Shown here: positions 52,386 through 64,000 of the stretch, piece by piece
Layout: each line of letters begins with the position of its first letter
Numbering within the stretch: the first letter of the stretch is position 1
Origin: Octopus vulgaris
Lineage: Eukaryota
Assembly (NCBI GenBank): GCA_951406725.2
Contig: OX597824.1
Span: 33,480,001-33,544,000, forward strand
Length of the DNA: 64,000 nt
Reading direction: 5' to 3'
Notes under the pieces: model-generated
The model's input: only the letters and a program-made list of their open reading frames with translations
What the model was told of the DNA's origin: nothing
Databases searched by the model: none
Translations under genes and position numbers: made by a program

Positions 52386-52640
52386 TTTTCGTAATGAGAT
52401 TAAAAAACCCAAGGCTGTGTAGATTTTAGAACATTTATAGATAGAATGTCTTACAGCTGTTTCCAGGATATTTATTGTAAGAAAGCTTAACAAGCATCCA
52501 CCTGCTAGAAATAAGAGCTAAAGTCTTAAATTTATCCACGGTACCGCACCAAGATAACAGAGAAAAACAGTATGCGAGGAAAACAGAAAGAATTAAAACA
52601 TTTAACAGAACAAATAGAAATATTATGCGATTAGGGATAT

Positions 52641-52697
52641 CCACAAACCACAGGTTTCGGCTTTTGGGTATTTAAACCCCGAGCCTCGTCAGTGTGG
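52641..52697 (-). ncRNA. Canonical minimal type I hammerhead ribozyme
   Basis: CCACA-CUGACGA-GGCU..AGCC-GAA-ACC(UGU)GGU-U-UGUGG; all core nucleotides and three stems present. Confidence 0.85.
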
Positions 52698-53140
52698 CCT
52701 ACCGGGTAATAATCCATAACTGTCACGTTAAACTCTGACTGTGCAACTGGTTTCTTTTTGCGCCAAAATCAGAGTACATGGAGCATAAAATTTTATAAGC
52801 AAAACATTCAAACACTGAGATTTGAAACCAGATGTTACTACTGTTCATATCATCTGTGGATATATTTTAAAATTGATATACATTCACCATGAAAAATCCA
52901 TGGGTGATTTATCAGATCGCTAATGCGTTTACAAAAACTTAATAAAAAAAACGGTTGTTTGCAATATGATACCGTAAAGGAAAATTATAATCGTCACCTA
53001 AACTAGACTAAAGGTGTGAATAATACCAACTTTGCTAAAAATAGGAGCTAAAGTGCCCCAATTTTGTTACAAAGCACATAACATACACTCTGATAGAGAC
53101 TGCAATCGCACTTTACCTTCTACTTATTTCAACTATTATA

Positions 53141-53312
53141 GTGCGGCCATGCTGGGGCACCGCCTTGAAGAATTTATAGTCGAATGTATCGACCCCAGTA
53201 CTTTTTTTAAGACTGGTACTTCTTCTATTGATCTATTTTACTGAACCGCTAAGTTCAAGCTGTGGTTGTCAAGCTGTGGAGGATGGAGACAAACACTGAC
53301 ACATATACATAG

Positions 53313-53362
<50 letters not shown>

Positions 53363-53510
53363 GTATATACGACGGGCTTTCAAATCCACTCGCAGGGATT
53401 GACCCGAGGCTATAGTAGAAGACACTTGCCCAAGGTGCAACGCAATGGGACTAAACCCGGAACCATTTGGTTGAGAAGCAAACTTCTTTCCATACAACCA
53501 CGTCTGCGCC
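53141..53510 (-). mobile_element. SINE family A, older copy
   Basis: Family A match with deletions. Confidence 0.8.
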
Positions 53511-53535
53511 TTAATGTCTAAGAATAATAAATATA

Positions 53536-53708
53536 GGCGTAGGAGTGGCTGTGTGGTAAGTAGCTTGCTTACCAACCACATGGTTCCGGGTTCAGTCCCA
53601 CTGCGTGGCACCTTGGTCAAATGTCTTCTACTATAGCATCGAGCCGACCAAAGTCTTGTGAGTGGATTTGGTAGACGGAAACTGAAAGAAGCATATCGTA
53701 TATATGTG

Positions 53709-53754
<46 letters not shown>

Positions 53755-53947
53755 TGTGTCTCTATTTGTCCTCCAACATCGCTTGACAACCGATGCTGGT
53801 GTATTTACGTCCCCGTAATCTAGCGGTTCGGCAAAAGAGAACGATAGAATAAGTACTAGGCTTACAAAGAATAAGTCCCGGGGTCGATTTTGCTCGACTA
53901 AAGGGCGGTGCTCCAGCATGGCCATAGTCAAATGACAAGTAAAAGAG
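53536..53947 (+). mobile_element. SINE family A, full length (followed by an older 3' half at about 53975-54183)
   Basis: Family A consensus match, head-to-head with 53141-53510. Confidence 0.9.
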
Positions 53948-54384
53948 TATACATGTGCGTGCGTCTGTGTGTATGTGTGTGTGTTTTTTTTTGTATTCAT
54001 GTTTGTCACCCCACTGCCGGTGGACAACTGGTTTTGGTATGTTTACGACCATGTAAATTGGCGGTTCGTCAAAAGTGATCGATAGAATAAATATCAAACT
54101 TTTAAAATAAGTACTGTGTTCGATTTGCTTAATACTTCAAAGCTGCGCCCTGGCATAGCCGCAGTCTGACGACTGAAACAAATACATAATTGAATCAAAG
54201 ATGATACTAATACACAAACATTATAGTTATATGAATCACGGATTATACTAATCCTGCCTGAATCCCCCAATTAATCAAAATAAATTGTGAAGAACACCAA
54301 ATAGCTGACATCAGTCCATGCTACGTAGATCACACACACACACACAGACTAGGTACACATCGAAAGGAAACTATCCAAATTAGT

Positions 54385-54590
54385 TTCAAACTTTGGCACA
54401 AGGCCAGCAATTTCGGGGGCGAGTGTAAATCGGTTACATCGACCCCAGTGCTCAAATGGTACTTATTCTATCAACCTCGAAAAAATAAATGGCAAAGTCG
54501 ACCTCCAGAACGGAATTTGAACTCAGAACGTAAAGAAAGAGTGATGGAAATAAAGCTAAGCTTTTTTGCCCGGCGATTCTGCCAACTCAC
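54385..54590 (-). mobile_element. SINE family D, diverged
   Basis: ggcacaaggccagcaatttcggg..cgaccccagtgctcaa..aaagtcgacctc. Confidence 0.75.
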
Positions 54591-55203
54591 TGCTTTTAGA
54601 TTTATATATTAGGGTAGGAGAACTATGAGTTGTATCAAGACTTTGGACCGAACTACTTTTGTCCTCGGAATGAGACAAATAAGCGCAGTTGTTTGAGCGT
54701 CGACGATTTGACACGGTTGTCTGGACATTCAACCTGTCCGAGTGCAAGAGGCTAACGCACCTACACATATGCACATGTGCGTACAAAAATATACAAATAG
54801 AGAGAGACATAGATATTGCACATAGGTGCAAGCATAACTAGATACTCACACCCATAAACAGAGAATGAGAGAAAAAGAGGAGGGAGGGAGAGATTGAGAG
54901 AAACGTTAAAACATTTGCTGTCAAATGAGTAAGCATCGAACCAGCGACACCAACTAGGCGGCGCCAAAATGCTGTGTCAAAACGATCCACAGTTTTTTTT
55001 TTCGCATGGTGCTACATTCTCAGATTCCCTCGATTATACAACAACAACAATAACAAGTGATAATGCGTGTTTAGCTGAAAAATGTAGACCTGTTGGTGTT
55101 ATAAAAAAAGACCCACTGCTATATATCATAATATACGTCTACGCACTGATGTAAATGTAAGCAGCTCTGTTGGATTTGCCAAATATGCAGGGGTATGTAT
55201 ATA

Positions 55204-55265
<62 letters not shown>

Positions 55266-55409
55266 TAAAGCCAGCTGGAGGAGGTGTCCTCCTGGGGCTA
55301 CAAACTACAGTAGCATCCACCCTTAGGGGTTAGCCATATTTAAATGGCAAATACACGTCACGATGTGTTGCAGCGACTGTTATAACTCGCTCTAAGATTT
55401 ATTATATAT

Positions 55410-55479
<70 letters not shown>

Positions 55480-55767
55480 GTTTAAAGAGAGAGGGAGAAA
55501 GGAGGGTGAGCGTATCCATTTTCTCTTGGTGGAAATGGATACGATAGGTGCATACACAGAAACTATGGTAATGGATATGAAATAAAAGAATTACCAACTT
55601 CTTGCTTCCTGTTATTCTCTCATACTATATATATATATATATATATATATTAAAAGAGAGAGAAAGAGAGAGGGGATCGCACACAGAGTCTCCTTTGATG
55701 AAAGAACAAGAGACGATGATAAGGGAAATATGGCGCCCTGCTCCTGCAAAGTGATTGAGAAATCACT

Positions 55768-55807
<40 letters not shown>

Positions 55808-55860
55808 CGGAGGGAAGGTGAAGAGGGGCATGTGTGAGTGTGTGTGTGTGAGTGTGTGTG

Positions 55861-55892
<32 letters not shown>

Positions 55893-56224
55893 CACGTGCA
55901 TTCGTATCTCGGCGCCCCACCTCCGTTATTTAAACTTTCCTAGCCGCCATGATATTCTGATTCAGACTTAACGGAAAAGAAAAGTCAACTGGAAAGAACA
56001 ACGGAGACACAAGGACGATATTGACAAGATTAAATACACGTCTGCAAAGTTTACATAAACTTAATAATTCATACAAATCATAAGCTAAAATATACTGGCT
56101 TGTCTGACTATCAGAGTACAAAAGTATTGGGTCTTTCTGTATGTAAACAGTAAACCTTTGCTCTAACCACCTACAATCGGATTTTCTAAGCACAGACACG
56201 CATATGGTCTTATACAAACATAAA

Positions 56225-56490
56225 TATTTTAAATATTCATTTTATAAAGCTAAGGGTTTTTAAAAAATGATAATACAGGTCGAAGACTAGTATTATTATC
56301 TAGTATTTCAATAGTTCAATGTTAAGATCCTTCTTCAGGAAATTCACGGAGACATCAGCTATGAACAACTTTTCTCCGTAAATTCCGTGGAGAATGGGCC
56401 ATAAATCGGAAATATTGAAGTACCAGGTAATAGTACTAACCATCGACATGCATTTTAATTTCTTACAACTTGAATTATTAAAAAATACTT

Positions 56491-56497
<7 letters not shown>
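56225..56497. repeat. Old imperfect inverted repeat (about 125-bp arms)
   Basis: tagtattattatctagtatttcaata..ggaaattcacggaga versus tctccgtaaattcc..tattgaagtaccaggtaatagtacta. Confidence 0.6.
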
Positions 56498-56550
<53 letters not shown>

Positions 56551-56969
56551 CAAATTGAGATAGGGGTTGCAAATGCAACCCTCTATGGGATAACGTATAT
56601 CCAATATACTGCTAGTCAAGTACCCAACAAAGTTATTACATAAATGTTAATGATTGCGATGCAATCAATTCATCTACTGTATTATATGGGCAAAGGTAAA
56701 ATGATTTACCACAAATTACTACTTTTTTATGTACATTCCTTTATGTACACTGATTTGTTCTGCTTTTTATATTTAACCCTACAGTCTCTTATGTGGTGGT
56801 TTAATAAAGTATGTGATTGAGTATTATCTGGTAATTAATATTTGATTTAGATGTATTTCTCCATTTTCTTATCTTGTATATATATATATATAAGGTTCGT
56901 TTTTTCAAGAACCGAAACATGTAAAATTAAAATTTATCTAATATAGTGGCGTTTTCAAACTTCTTTTTT

Positions 56970-57010
<41 letters not shown>

Positions 57011-57120
57011 TAATAAGGGTGTTGAATGATTGCAACACCAGTCTGCTAGAAATAGACCCCAAAAGGTCTATGAACCACTTAGAATTATTACTCCACTTAT
57101 ATATATATATATATATATAA

Positions 57121-57290
57121 GTGCAGGCGTGGCTATGTGGTAAGTAGCTTGTTTACCAGCCACATGGTTCCGGGATCAGTCCCACTGCATGGCACCTTGG
57201 TCAAGTGTCTTCTACTATAGCCTCCGGCCGACTAAAGCCTTGTGAGTGGATTTGATAGGCAGAAGCTGAAGGAAACCCGGCGCGTTGTGT
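57121..57290 (+). mobile_element. SINE family A, 5' half
   Basis: Family A head. Confidence 0.8.
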
Positions 57291-57545
57291 GTGTGTGTGT
57301 GTTTTGAGTATCCCTTATGTTCACCGACTACAACCAAAAAATGCCAACTGGTGGGTTGCACAGAGCATTGTTGATATAATGTAGGATAAATATAATAATA
57401 ACAATAACAAACCATGGACAGAATTTATATGTATTTTAACGCATTACTACGAAGTAATTAGTGCATGAACATGATCTGCCATGATCGCGTAGCAATGCAA
57501 TAAAATATTTATAAATTCCATCAAAGGATTATTATTATTATTACT

Positions 57546-58710
57546 ATTGGGTTGTCTGGCAAGTTCGTGCCGATTTATAGCAGCTTACCTTTCGACTTAT
57601 TTTAGAACATGGTTGAGTTCATAAAATAGGATTTGACTACACCTCACTTTAGAGCATAGTTTAAGCTATCTTTTCGTGGAAGAACGTTTATGTTCCTATA
57701 ACCTGTGTTAATTCTGTAACCCTTTAAAATGGAAGATAAGAAAGTTCATTTTCGGCATTTCATGCTTTTCTTTTTCTGTAAAGGGAAAAATGTCTCACAA
57801 GCAACCAAAGAGATATGCGAAGTTTACGGTGATGTTTCTTCATCCGAAACAATTGTACGGAAGTGGTTCACAAGGTTCCGAGCTGGAGATTGTAGCCTTA
57901 TTGATAAAGAGCGATCAGGCAGACCATCCACTACAGATGATGACCAAATCAAGTCATTATTTGAGAATAACCCACATTGCACAACCCGAGAATTGGCAGA
58001 AAGCCTCAACCTATCAAAATCCGTCGTTCATGAGCACCTGGTAAAGCTTGGTACACAAATCACTACGATGTTTGGGTACCACATGAGTTGAGTGAGAAGA
58101 ACCTTTTGGATTGCATTTCCATCTGTGATTCGCTTTATAAACGGAATGAAAACGCGCATTTTTAAAACAAATTGTGACAGGTGATGAGAAATGGATTATC
58201 TACCGAAATGTTCAGAGAAAGCGATCCTGGAGTAAGCGACATGAACCACCCATAGCCACCCTTAGCCACCCCAAAAGCGGATCTTCACCCTAAAAAAGTC
58301 TTGTTTTTTGTCTGGTGGGATTGGAAAGGAATTCTGTACAATCAGCTTCTCCCAAGTAACCAGACAATTAATTCTGAGAAATACTGCACACAACTGGACG
58401 AGTTAAAAGCAGCAATTCAAGAGAAACGTCCGGAATTGGCCAACAGGAAGGGTGTTGTTTTCCAACATGATAATGCAAGACCGCACGTTTCTTCAGGAAC
58501 CAGACAAAAATTGCTGTAGCTCGGCTGGGATGTGTTATCCCACCCTCTATATTTACCAGATATTGCTCTTTCGGATTTCCACTTATTCAGGTCTCTGCAG
58601 AATAGTTTTAATGGTAAAAATTTCAATTCCTTGGTTGACGTAAAAATATACCTTGAATTTTTTGCCATGAAACCACCACAATTCTAGGAAGAGGGTATTT
58701 TCAAGTTAAA
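57546..58710 (+). mobile_element. Mariner transposon, 3'-truncated and decayed (transposase from 57729)
   Basis: TA followed by TIR ttgggttgtc..aagttcgtgccgattt; VRKWFTRFRAG..RSGRP, VWVPHEL, VTGDEKW, QHDNARPH, PDIALSDFHLF. Confidence 0.9.
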
Positions 58711-58936
58711 TCTGTTTCCATTACGGTTTTTATCTGTAATTTACAAGATGCGACTCTTTGCACCTAACGTGCAAATATTTCACACACACACACACATACA
58801 TATAAATATATATATATATATATATAATTAAATAAGGGTAGAAATTGATATTAATCAATTAAAACCTGAGCGTCCAATAATACTATATTTGTTCCACGTC
58901 CTCGCGTTGTGTGTTTTTGTGCTTTCTTGTTTGGAT

Positions 58937-58984
<48 letters not shown>

Positions 58985-59454
58985 AGATTGCAGAATTCAA
59001 TGCATGAAAGTACTAGTTCAATCAGAATGAACATTTAACATTCTACTATTTCATTTTATTTTATTCAATTATAATATATTATCTTATAATATATCATTAT
59101 AAGATTGTAAATAAAACGTGAAAATCAGACAAGGTTGGAATTTCTTTTATTAATATATATATATATATGTATATGTATATGTATATATATACTGTATATG
59201 GTTCTAAGATATCGTAAACCAAAGCACAAATGAATTCCTACCACCTTTGTGACTTTGGGGCCATCCTGAATTTTTCCCACTCCCTTCATTTAGCTAATCT
59301 CCATAGCTTTTCTTCATCATTTTCTTAATTTACTCCAAATTGCTCCTACTTCAGTCACCTCTACTCCTACCACCCCAATACCTGTGAGCTTATCTCTTGA
59401 AAGATAATTTAACCACTTAACCTCGTGATATATAACCGTTTTATATTTTCTGTT

Positions 59455-59707
59455 ACTCTTTTACTGGTTTCAGTCATTCGACTGCGGCCATGCTGGAGCA
59501 CCGCCTTTTGTCGAACAAATCGACCCCAGGACTTATTCTTTGTAATCCCTAGTACTTATTATATCGGTCTCTTTTGCCGAACCGCTAAGTGACAGGGACA
59601 AACATAGACACACCAGCATCGGTTGTCAAGCGATGTTGGGGGACAAACACAGACACACATACACATGCACACACATGCACATGCATACACATGCAATGAA
59701 CATGCAC

Positions 59708-59763
<56 letters not shown>

Positions 59764-59927
59764 CGCAGGAGTGGCTGTGTGGTAAGTAGCTTGCTAACCA
59801 ACCACATGGTTCCGGGTTCAGTCCCACTGCGTGGCATCTTGGCGCAGGTGTCTTCTGCTATAGCCTCGGGCCGACCAAAGCCTTGTGAGTGGATTTGGTA
59901 GACGAAGACTGAAAGAAGCCTGTCGTA

Positions 59928-59958
<31 letters not shown>

Positions 59959-60332
59959 GCATGTGTGTGTCTGTGTTTGTCCCCCTAGCATTGCTTGACA
60001 ACCGATGCTGGTGTGTTTACGTCCCCGTCACTTAGCGGTTCGGCAAAAGAGACCGATAGAATAAGTACTGGGCTTACAAAGAATAAGTCCCGGGGTCGAT
60101 TTGCTCGATAAAAGGCGGTGCTCCAGCATGGCCGCAGTCAAATGACTGAAACAAGTAAAAAGAAAATATATATATATACATACATACATATATACGACGG
60201 GCTTCTTTCAGTTTCTGTCTACCAAATCCACTCACAAGGCTTTGGTCGGCCCGAGGCTATAGTAGAAGACACTTGCCCAAGGTAGCACGCAGTGGGACTG
60301 AACCCGGAACCATGTGGTTGGTAAACAAGCTA
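59455..60332 (-). mobile_element. SINE family A split by a nested antiparallel copy
   Basis: Tail at 59455-59660 and head at about 60190-60332, separated by the copy at 59762-60165. Confidence 0.9.
59762..60165 (+). mobile_element. SINE family A, full length, nested
   Basis: Complete head-to-tail copy inside the (TA)n of another copy. Confidence 0.9.
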
Positions 60333-61217
60333 ATTATTTTTCGTTTTTGATTTTTTTATATAAACCGATGAAGTGCCAGAATCGTTAGCCCGCCGGACAA
60401 ATTGTTTGAGGTAGATTTCAGTCGATCAGGGTAGATAAAAATAAGTACCAGTTGTGCACTGAGGCTCGATCTGATCAACTTCGTCCTTCCTTCCAAACTA
60501 CTGGCCTTGAGCCAAAAAAATCAAAATCAAAAAAAAAAAAATTCTTTACTTTTATTGACGATTTACATAGGAAAATTATATAAACAATTCTATATTTGTG
60601 TGAGTGCAAATCACTTATACTTTTTATCATCTCGAAATCTCGCTAAAATTCGCGTGAACAGATTGAACAAGAATACTTGATTGTATAAGTAACCATTTTG
60701 CACTTTATCACTCACCCTCAGTCACAGTTTAGGTTTAGCTCGAATTCCAAAGAATACAGAAGCCTCTTTCTTTCTTTCTTTCTTTTCCTCCTGATAATTA
60801 CATGATGTTTTCTTTACAATTTATGTTTTTTCTTTTGATCTTTTATAATGTTTTTTTGTTTTTTTTTCGTTTTCATCTATTTTATCTGCCTTCTCCCGAA
60901 GCAAACGCTTCTCCCTACTCATTTCCCCATATATTCTAACTAACGAAGCGCCTATACCACGCATTGTATCTACTCGGACGATCAATAATGAAAAATTCGT
61001 GTTAACTAGATGTTTAGCGCCTGCATTTACAATCATCATGTGTGCGTGCGTGTATATATATATATATGCATAAATGTGCGCGCGCGTGTGTGTGTGTGTA
61101 TGTGTTTAGTATTCTGGGGTTTCGCTTGTGTTCGCATTGTCATATTAAGTTATGACTGAAAACTTGTTTAACAACTCTGTGAGCACATAGGCGAAACCCG
61201 AGGGTAGCAAAATAAAG

Positions 61218-61219
<2 letters not shown>

Positions 61220-61250
<31 letters not shown>

Positions 61251-61470
61251 TGTACATATATATATATACACACATGCATACATACATGCATGCATGCCTG
61301 CTTGCATGAATGTATATATACATACGTACATACATGCGTACATGCATGCATACATACGTACGTGCGTACATATATACATACAAATATACATACATACAAA
61401 TATACACACATACATACATACATACATACAAATATACATACATACATACATACATACATACATACATACA

Positions 61471-61504
<34 letters not shown>

Positions 61505-61630
61505 CATACACACACACACATACATACATACATACATACATACATACACATACACATACATACACATACATACACACATACATACATACATACATACATA
61601 CATACATACATACATACATACATACATACA

Positions 61631-61662
<32 letters not shown>

Positions 61663-61665
61663 CAC
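61220..61665. repeat. Compound microsatellite (TG)n / (TACA)n
   Basis: Directly visible. Confidence 0.95.
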
Positions 61666-62307
61666 GTGCACACGTACGTGTTAATTACTTTGAAAGATGT
61701 GAGTACAAGCATTTGTGATGCTGATGCGAAAAGAAACACAAATTTCGGATACAATTGCCTCAAAATAATATTCCCTCGCATTTACCCAATATAATGTGAA
61801 CTTATTCTCATGCTGTTCTCCTTTAGCAACATATTTCTACTTTTCAGAGCTAAATATAAACACTGCCTAGTGATTCTTGTCAAGGAACAACTACAGTATA
61901 TCTGAAAGAGTAGCAACATTTTGGCTTTTTTTTTTTTTTTGTTATCGTTTTCACATTTTTTCGTCTGTACTACCCCACTCCCATTACATTTGGCCAGATG
62001 TCTTTTTTTTATTTATTTATTTTTTTTTAGATATTTATACTTTAATATACATTATACACCTCTGCTTTTTGTCTCTTTGTATATAGCTTTTCAACCTGTC
62101 TTTATTCGCCATTAGCTGATCTTACTACATTATCCCCACCGCAAACCTCTTTCTTCTGAAATTAAAGACAGTATTTTTAATCGACTCAGTTAATTAGTAT
62201 TTCATTAAGTACTTTATATATGTATTTATACAACTCGATACTGACAGAATTTTAACTCAGAACATAAGAGGACCTCCCAGTCCCCGTTTTATCAGGAGAC
62301 TCTACTA

Positions 62308-62530
62308 CCTATTTCTTTATTACCCACAAGGGGCTAAACATAGAGGGGACAAACAAGGACAGACATAGGTATTAAGTCGATTACATCGACCCCAGTGCGT
62401 GACTGGTACTTAATTTATCGACCCCGAAAGGATGAAAGGTAAAGTCGACCTCGGCGGAATTTGAACTCACAACGTAACGGCAGACGAAATACTGCTAAGA
62501 ATTTCGCCCGATGTGCTAACGTTTCTGCCA
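62308..62530 (-). mobile_element. SINE family D
   Basis: Close match to 11868-12102. Confidence 0.85.
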
Positions 62531-62917
62531 CTACCATCGTAGCAATATCTCTAGTATCACTTCGCACTTCTTCGACAAAGCTACCATCCTTTATACACCT
62601 GAATTTCGTAATGGCTTACATGAGAAACTGTTCATACTCCAGCAGTTGGTGGTGTCCATCAATAGAAAAACTGATACCATACTATTGTTATTGCCAAACA
62701 TACGTCCTGTTAATGACCTTCAAGCTATCGGCCTGGGTTTATACCAGGCCTTAGTTAACCTACGCACAATGGAAGGGTACATAATCTGTAATGGCAACCA
62801 CTTCCTACGTACGACCCATGCTGGTCGCACAAATTCATACGTAAACGTTCATAACCATGCTAAAGATAGTTTTGTTTTCTTTTTCTGTTGTTGATTGAAG
62901 CAACCCACAATATATGT

Positions 62918-64000
62918 TAGAATGGAGCGAAAAATGCAGCTTTCGAAATTGGTAACCAAGGATCGATATTTTGTTGCGTATTAGGGTTAAAAGAAGGGTG
63001 TATAAAGAACTTTGCGGTTAAATATTTTTTTCAGGCTCCGCAAACGCAACTGAAAATTTTTTAAATCGCTATTTTTTGGTCGAATTTTGGATTTCATGGA
63101 TTATAAGTTGTAACAGATACATATTTCTACATAGCAGAATACAAAACAGTAAATATAGTATCCTTAAGAGGTTGCATATCAAGTTTCAATACAATTGACT
63201 AATATCTCAAGGTTCCGCATTGACTATAAAGAGAACAGGTATGTGAACTTCTCTCCAGTACCGCTGTAACGGTCGTTGCGTGTCGACGTACGTTGTACGT
63301 GTGTGAAGTTTTCTACTTTGTACCTTGACTTTAGGCCATTGTATTAAAATTAATGATCGTGTTAAATTTTGTGCCGTTTACAATTAGTAATGACTCATAA
63401 ACCAATAACGCGCCACGATACTAAATGCCCAATATTTGGTACTCCATGTGATCTTAGCGAGCGAGTTTTGCCAACTTACAAGGACGTACTAAAATGTGTT
63501 CTATTTGAATGAGAAAAAGAAAAGAAAGATCCTTCAATTAAACAAATTGTCAAGACTGTAGCAAAAAAGATTATCCTTCTTGGGCAAAAGACATCCATCC
63601 CTTGTGTCAGTTAAACCGAAAATCTTAAACGATTATCGAGAGTACCAAACATTACTAAAATCTGTGAAAAATAGAAAAAAAAATGTGCCATCGTTTCAAA
63701 TAAAGTGTAACGTGTTGAAAAACAATGCAACAAAACATTTATTCGACATTTCCTCTTGCAAGTGCAACTTTTTTAAAAACTGCAGTTGTCGTAGAGACAA
63801 AAACGTACCACAGAGAGAAAAAGATTTTTTACAGGATCAACGGACAAATCGAAAAATGATCATTGGCGGAACAGAACAAGCAGTATCTAAACAGAACGGT
63901 CAGAGATTGATTAAAAAGAATCAGCCAAATCACAGTCGCCCTTCTACGTCAGCAAAGGAAAGTTTAAGATTTTCGGTTTATCTGACTCAATCGTAACACA
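62918..64000 (+). mobile_element. Probable hATm-type DNA transposon 5' part, transposase decayed and running off the window
   Basis: Terminus tagaatggagcgaaaaa; from ATG 63390 CPIFGTPCDLSERVLPTYKDVLK; LFDISSCKC..CSC..VPQREKDFLQDQRTNRKM. Superfamily call is from recalled motifs. Confidence 0.6.

Noticed and set aside
61140-61794. Long ORFs of MYVC/HTYI/YIYI/CVCV repeats (here and throughout, e.g. 19645-20367, 16886-17252)
   Set aside because: They are translations of stop-free microsatellites with no coding signal.

Overview
AT-rich, gene-poor eukaryotic DNA, very dense in microsatellites and transposons. The SINE families suggest an octopus (coleoid cephalopod) genome; this is an inference. 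Only one convincing host gene is visible: a 371-aa type II membrane, glycosyltransferase-like CDS contained in a single exon (10585-11700, minus strand) with an upstream splice acceptor. The remainder is a mosaic of about 4 tRNA-derived SINE families (nested, inverted and chimeric copies), three decayed mariners, a probable hATm transposon, non-autonomous Helitron/Helentron-like elements, MITEs with 8-bp TSDs carrying TTAGGG repeats, fragments of R4-like, Hero, CRE, RTE and CR1-like LINEs, a Gypsy gag remnant, a probable solo LTR and Penelope-like element (PLE) remnants. The most striking signal is a set of about 10 hammerhead-ribozyme folds in short PLE-like elements, most of them next to microsatellites. 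Three have canonical cores (4631, 46776, 52641). The others keep the hammerhead topology but have non-canonical cores: CUGUNGA in four copies of one (TA)n-embedded element (N7 = A, G, U and C, one each), CCGAAGA inside a 209-bp near-perfect palindrome, and CAGGAGA. All folds and alignments were done by eye. Element boundaries are approximate unless a TSD is quoted.
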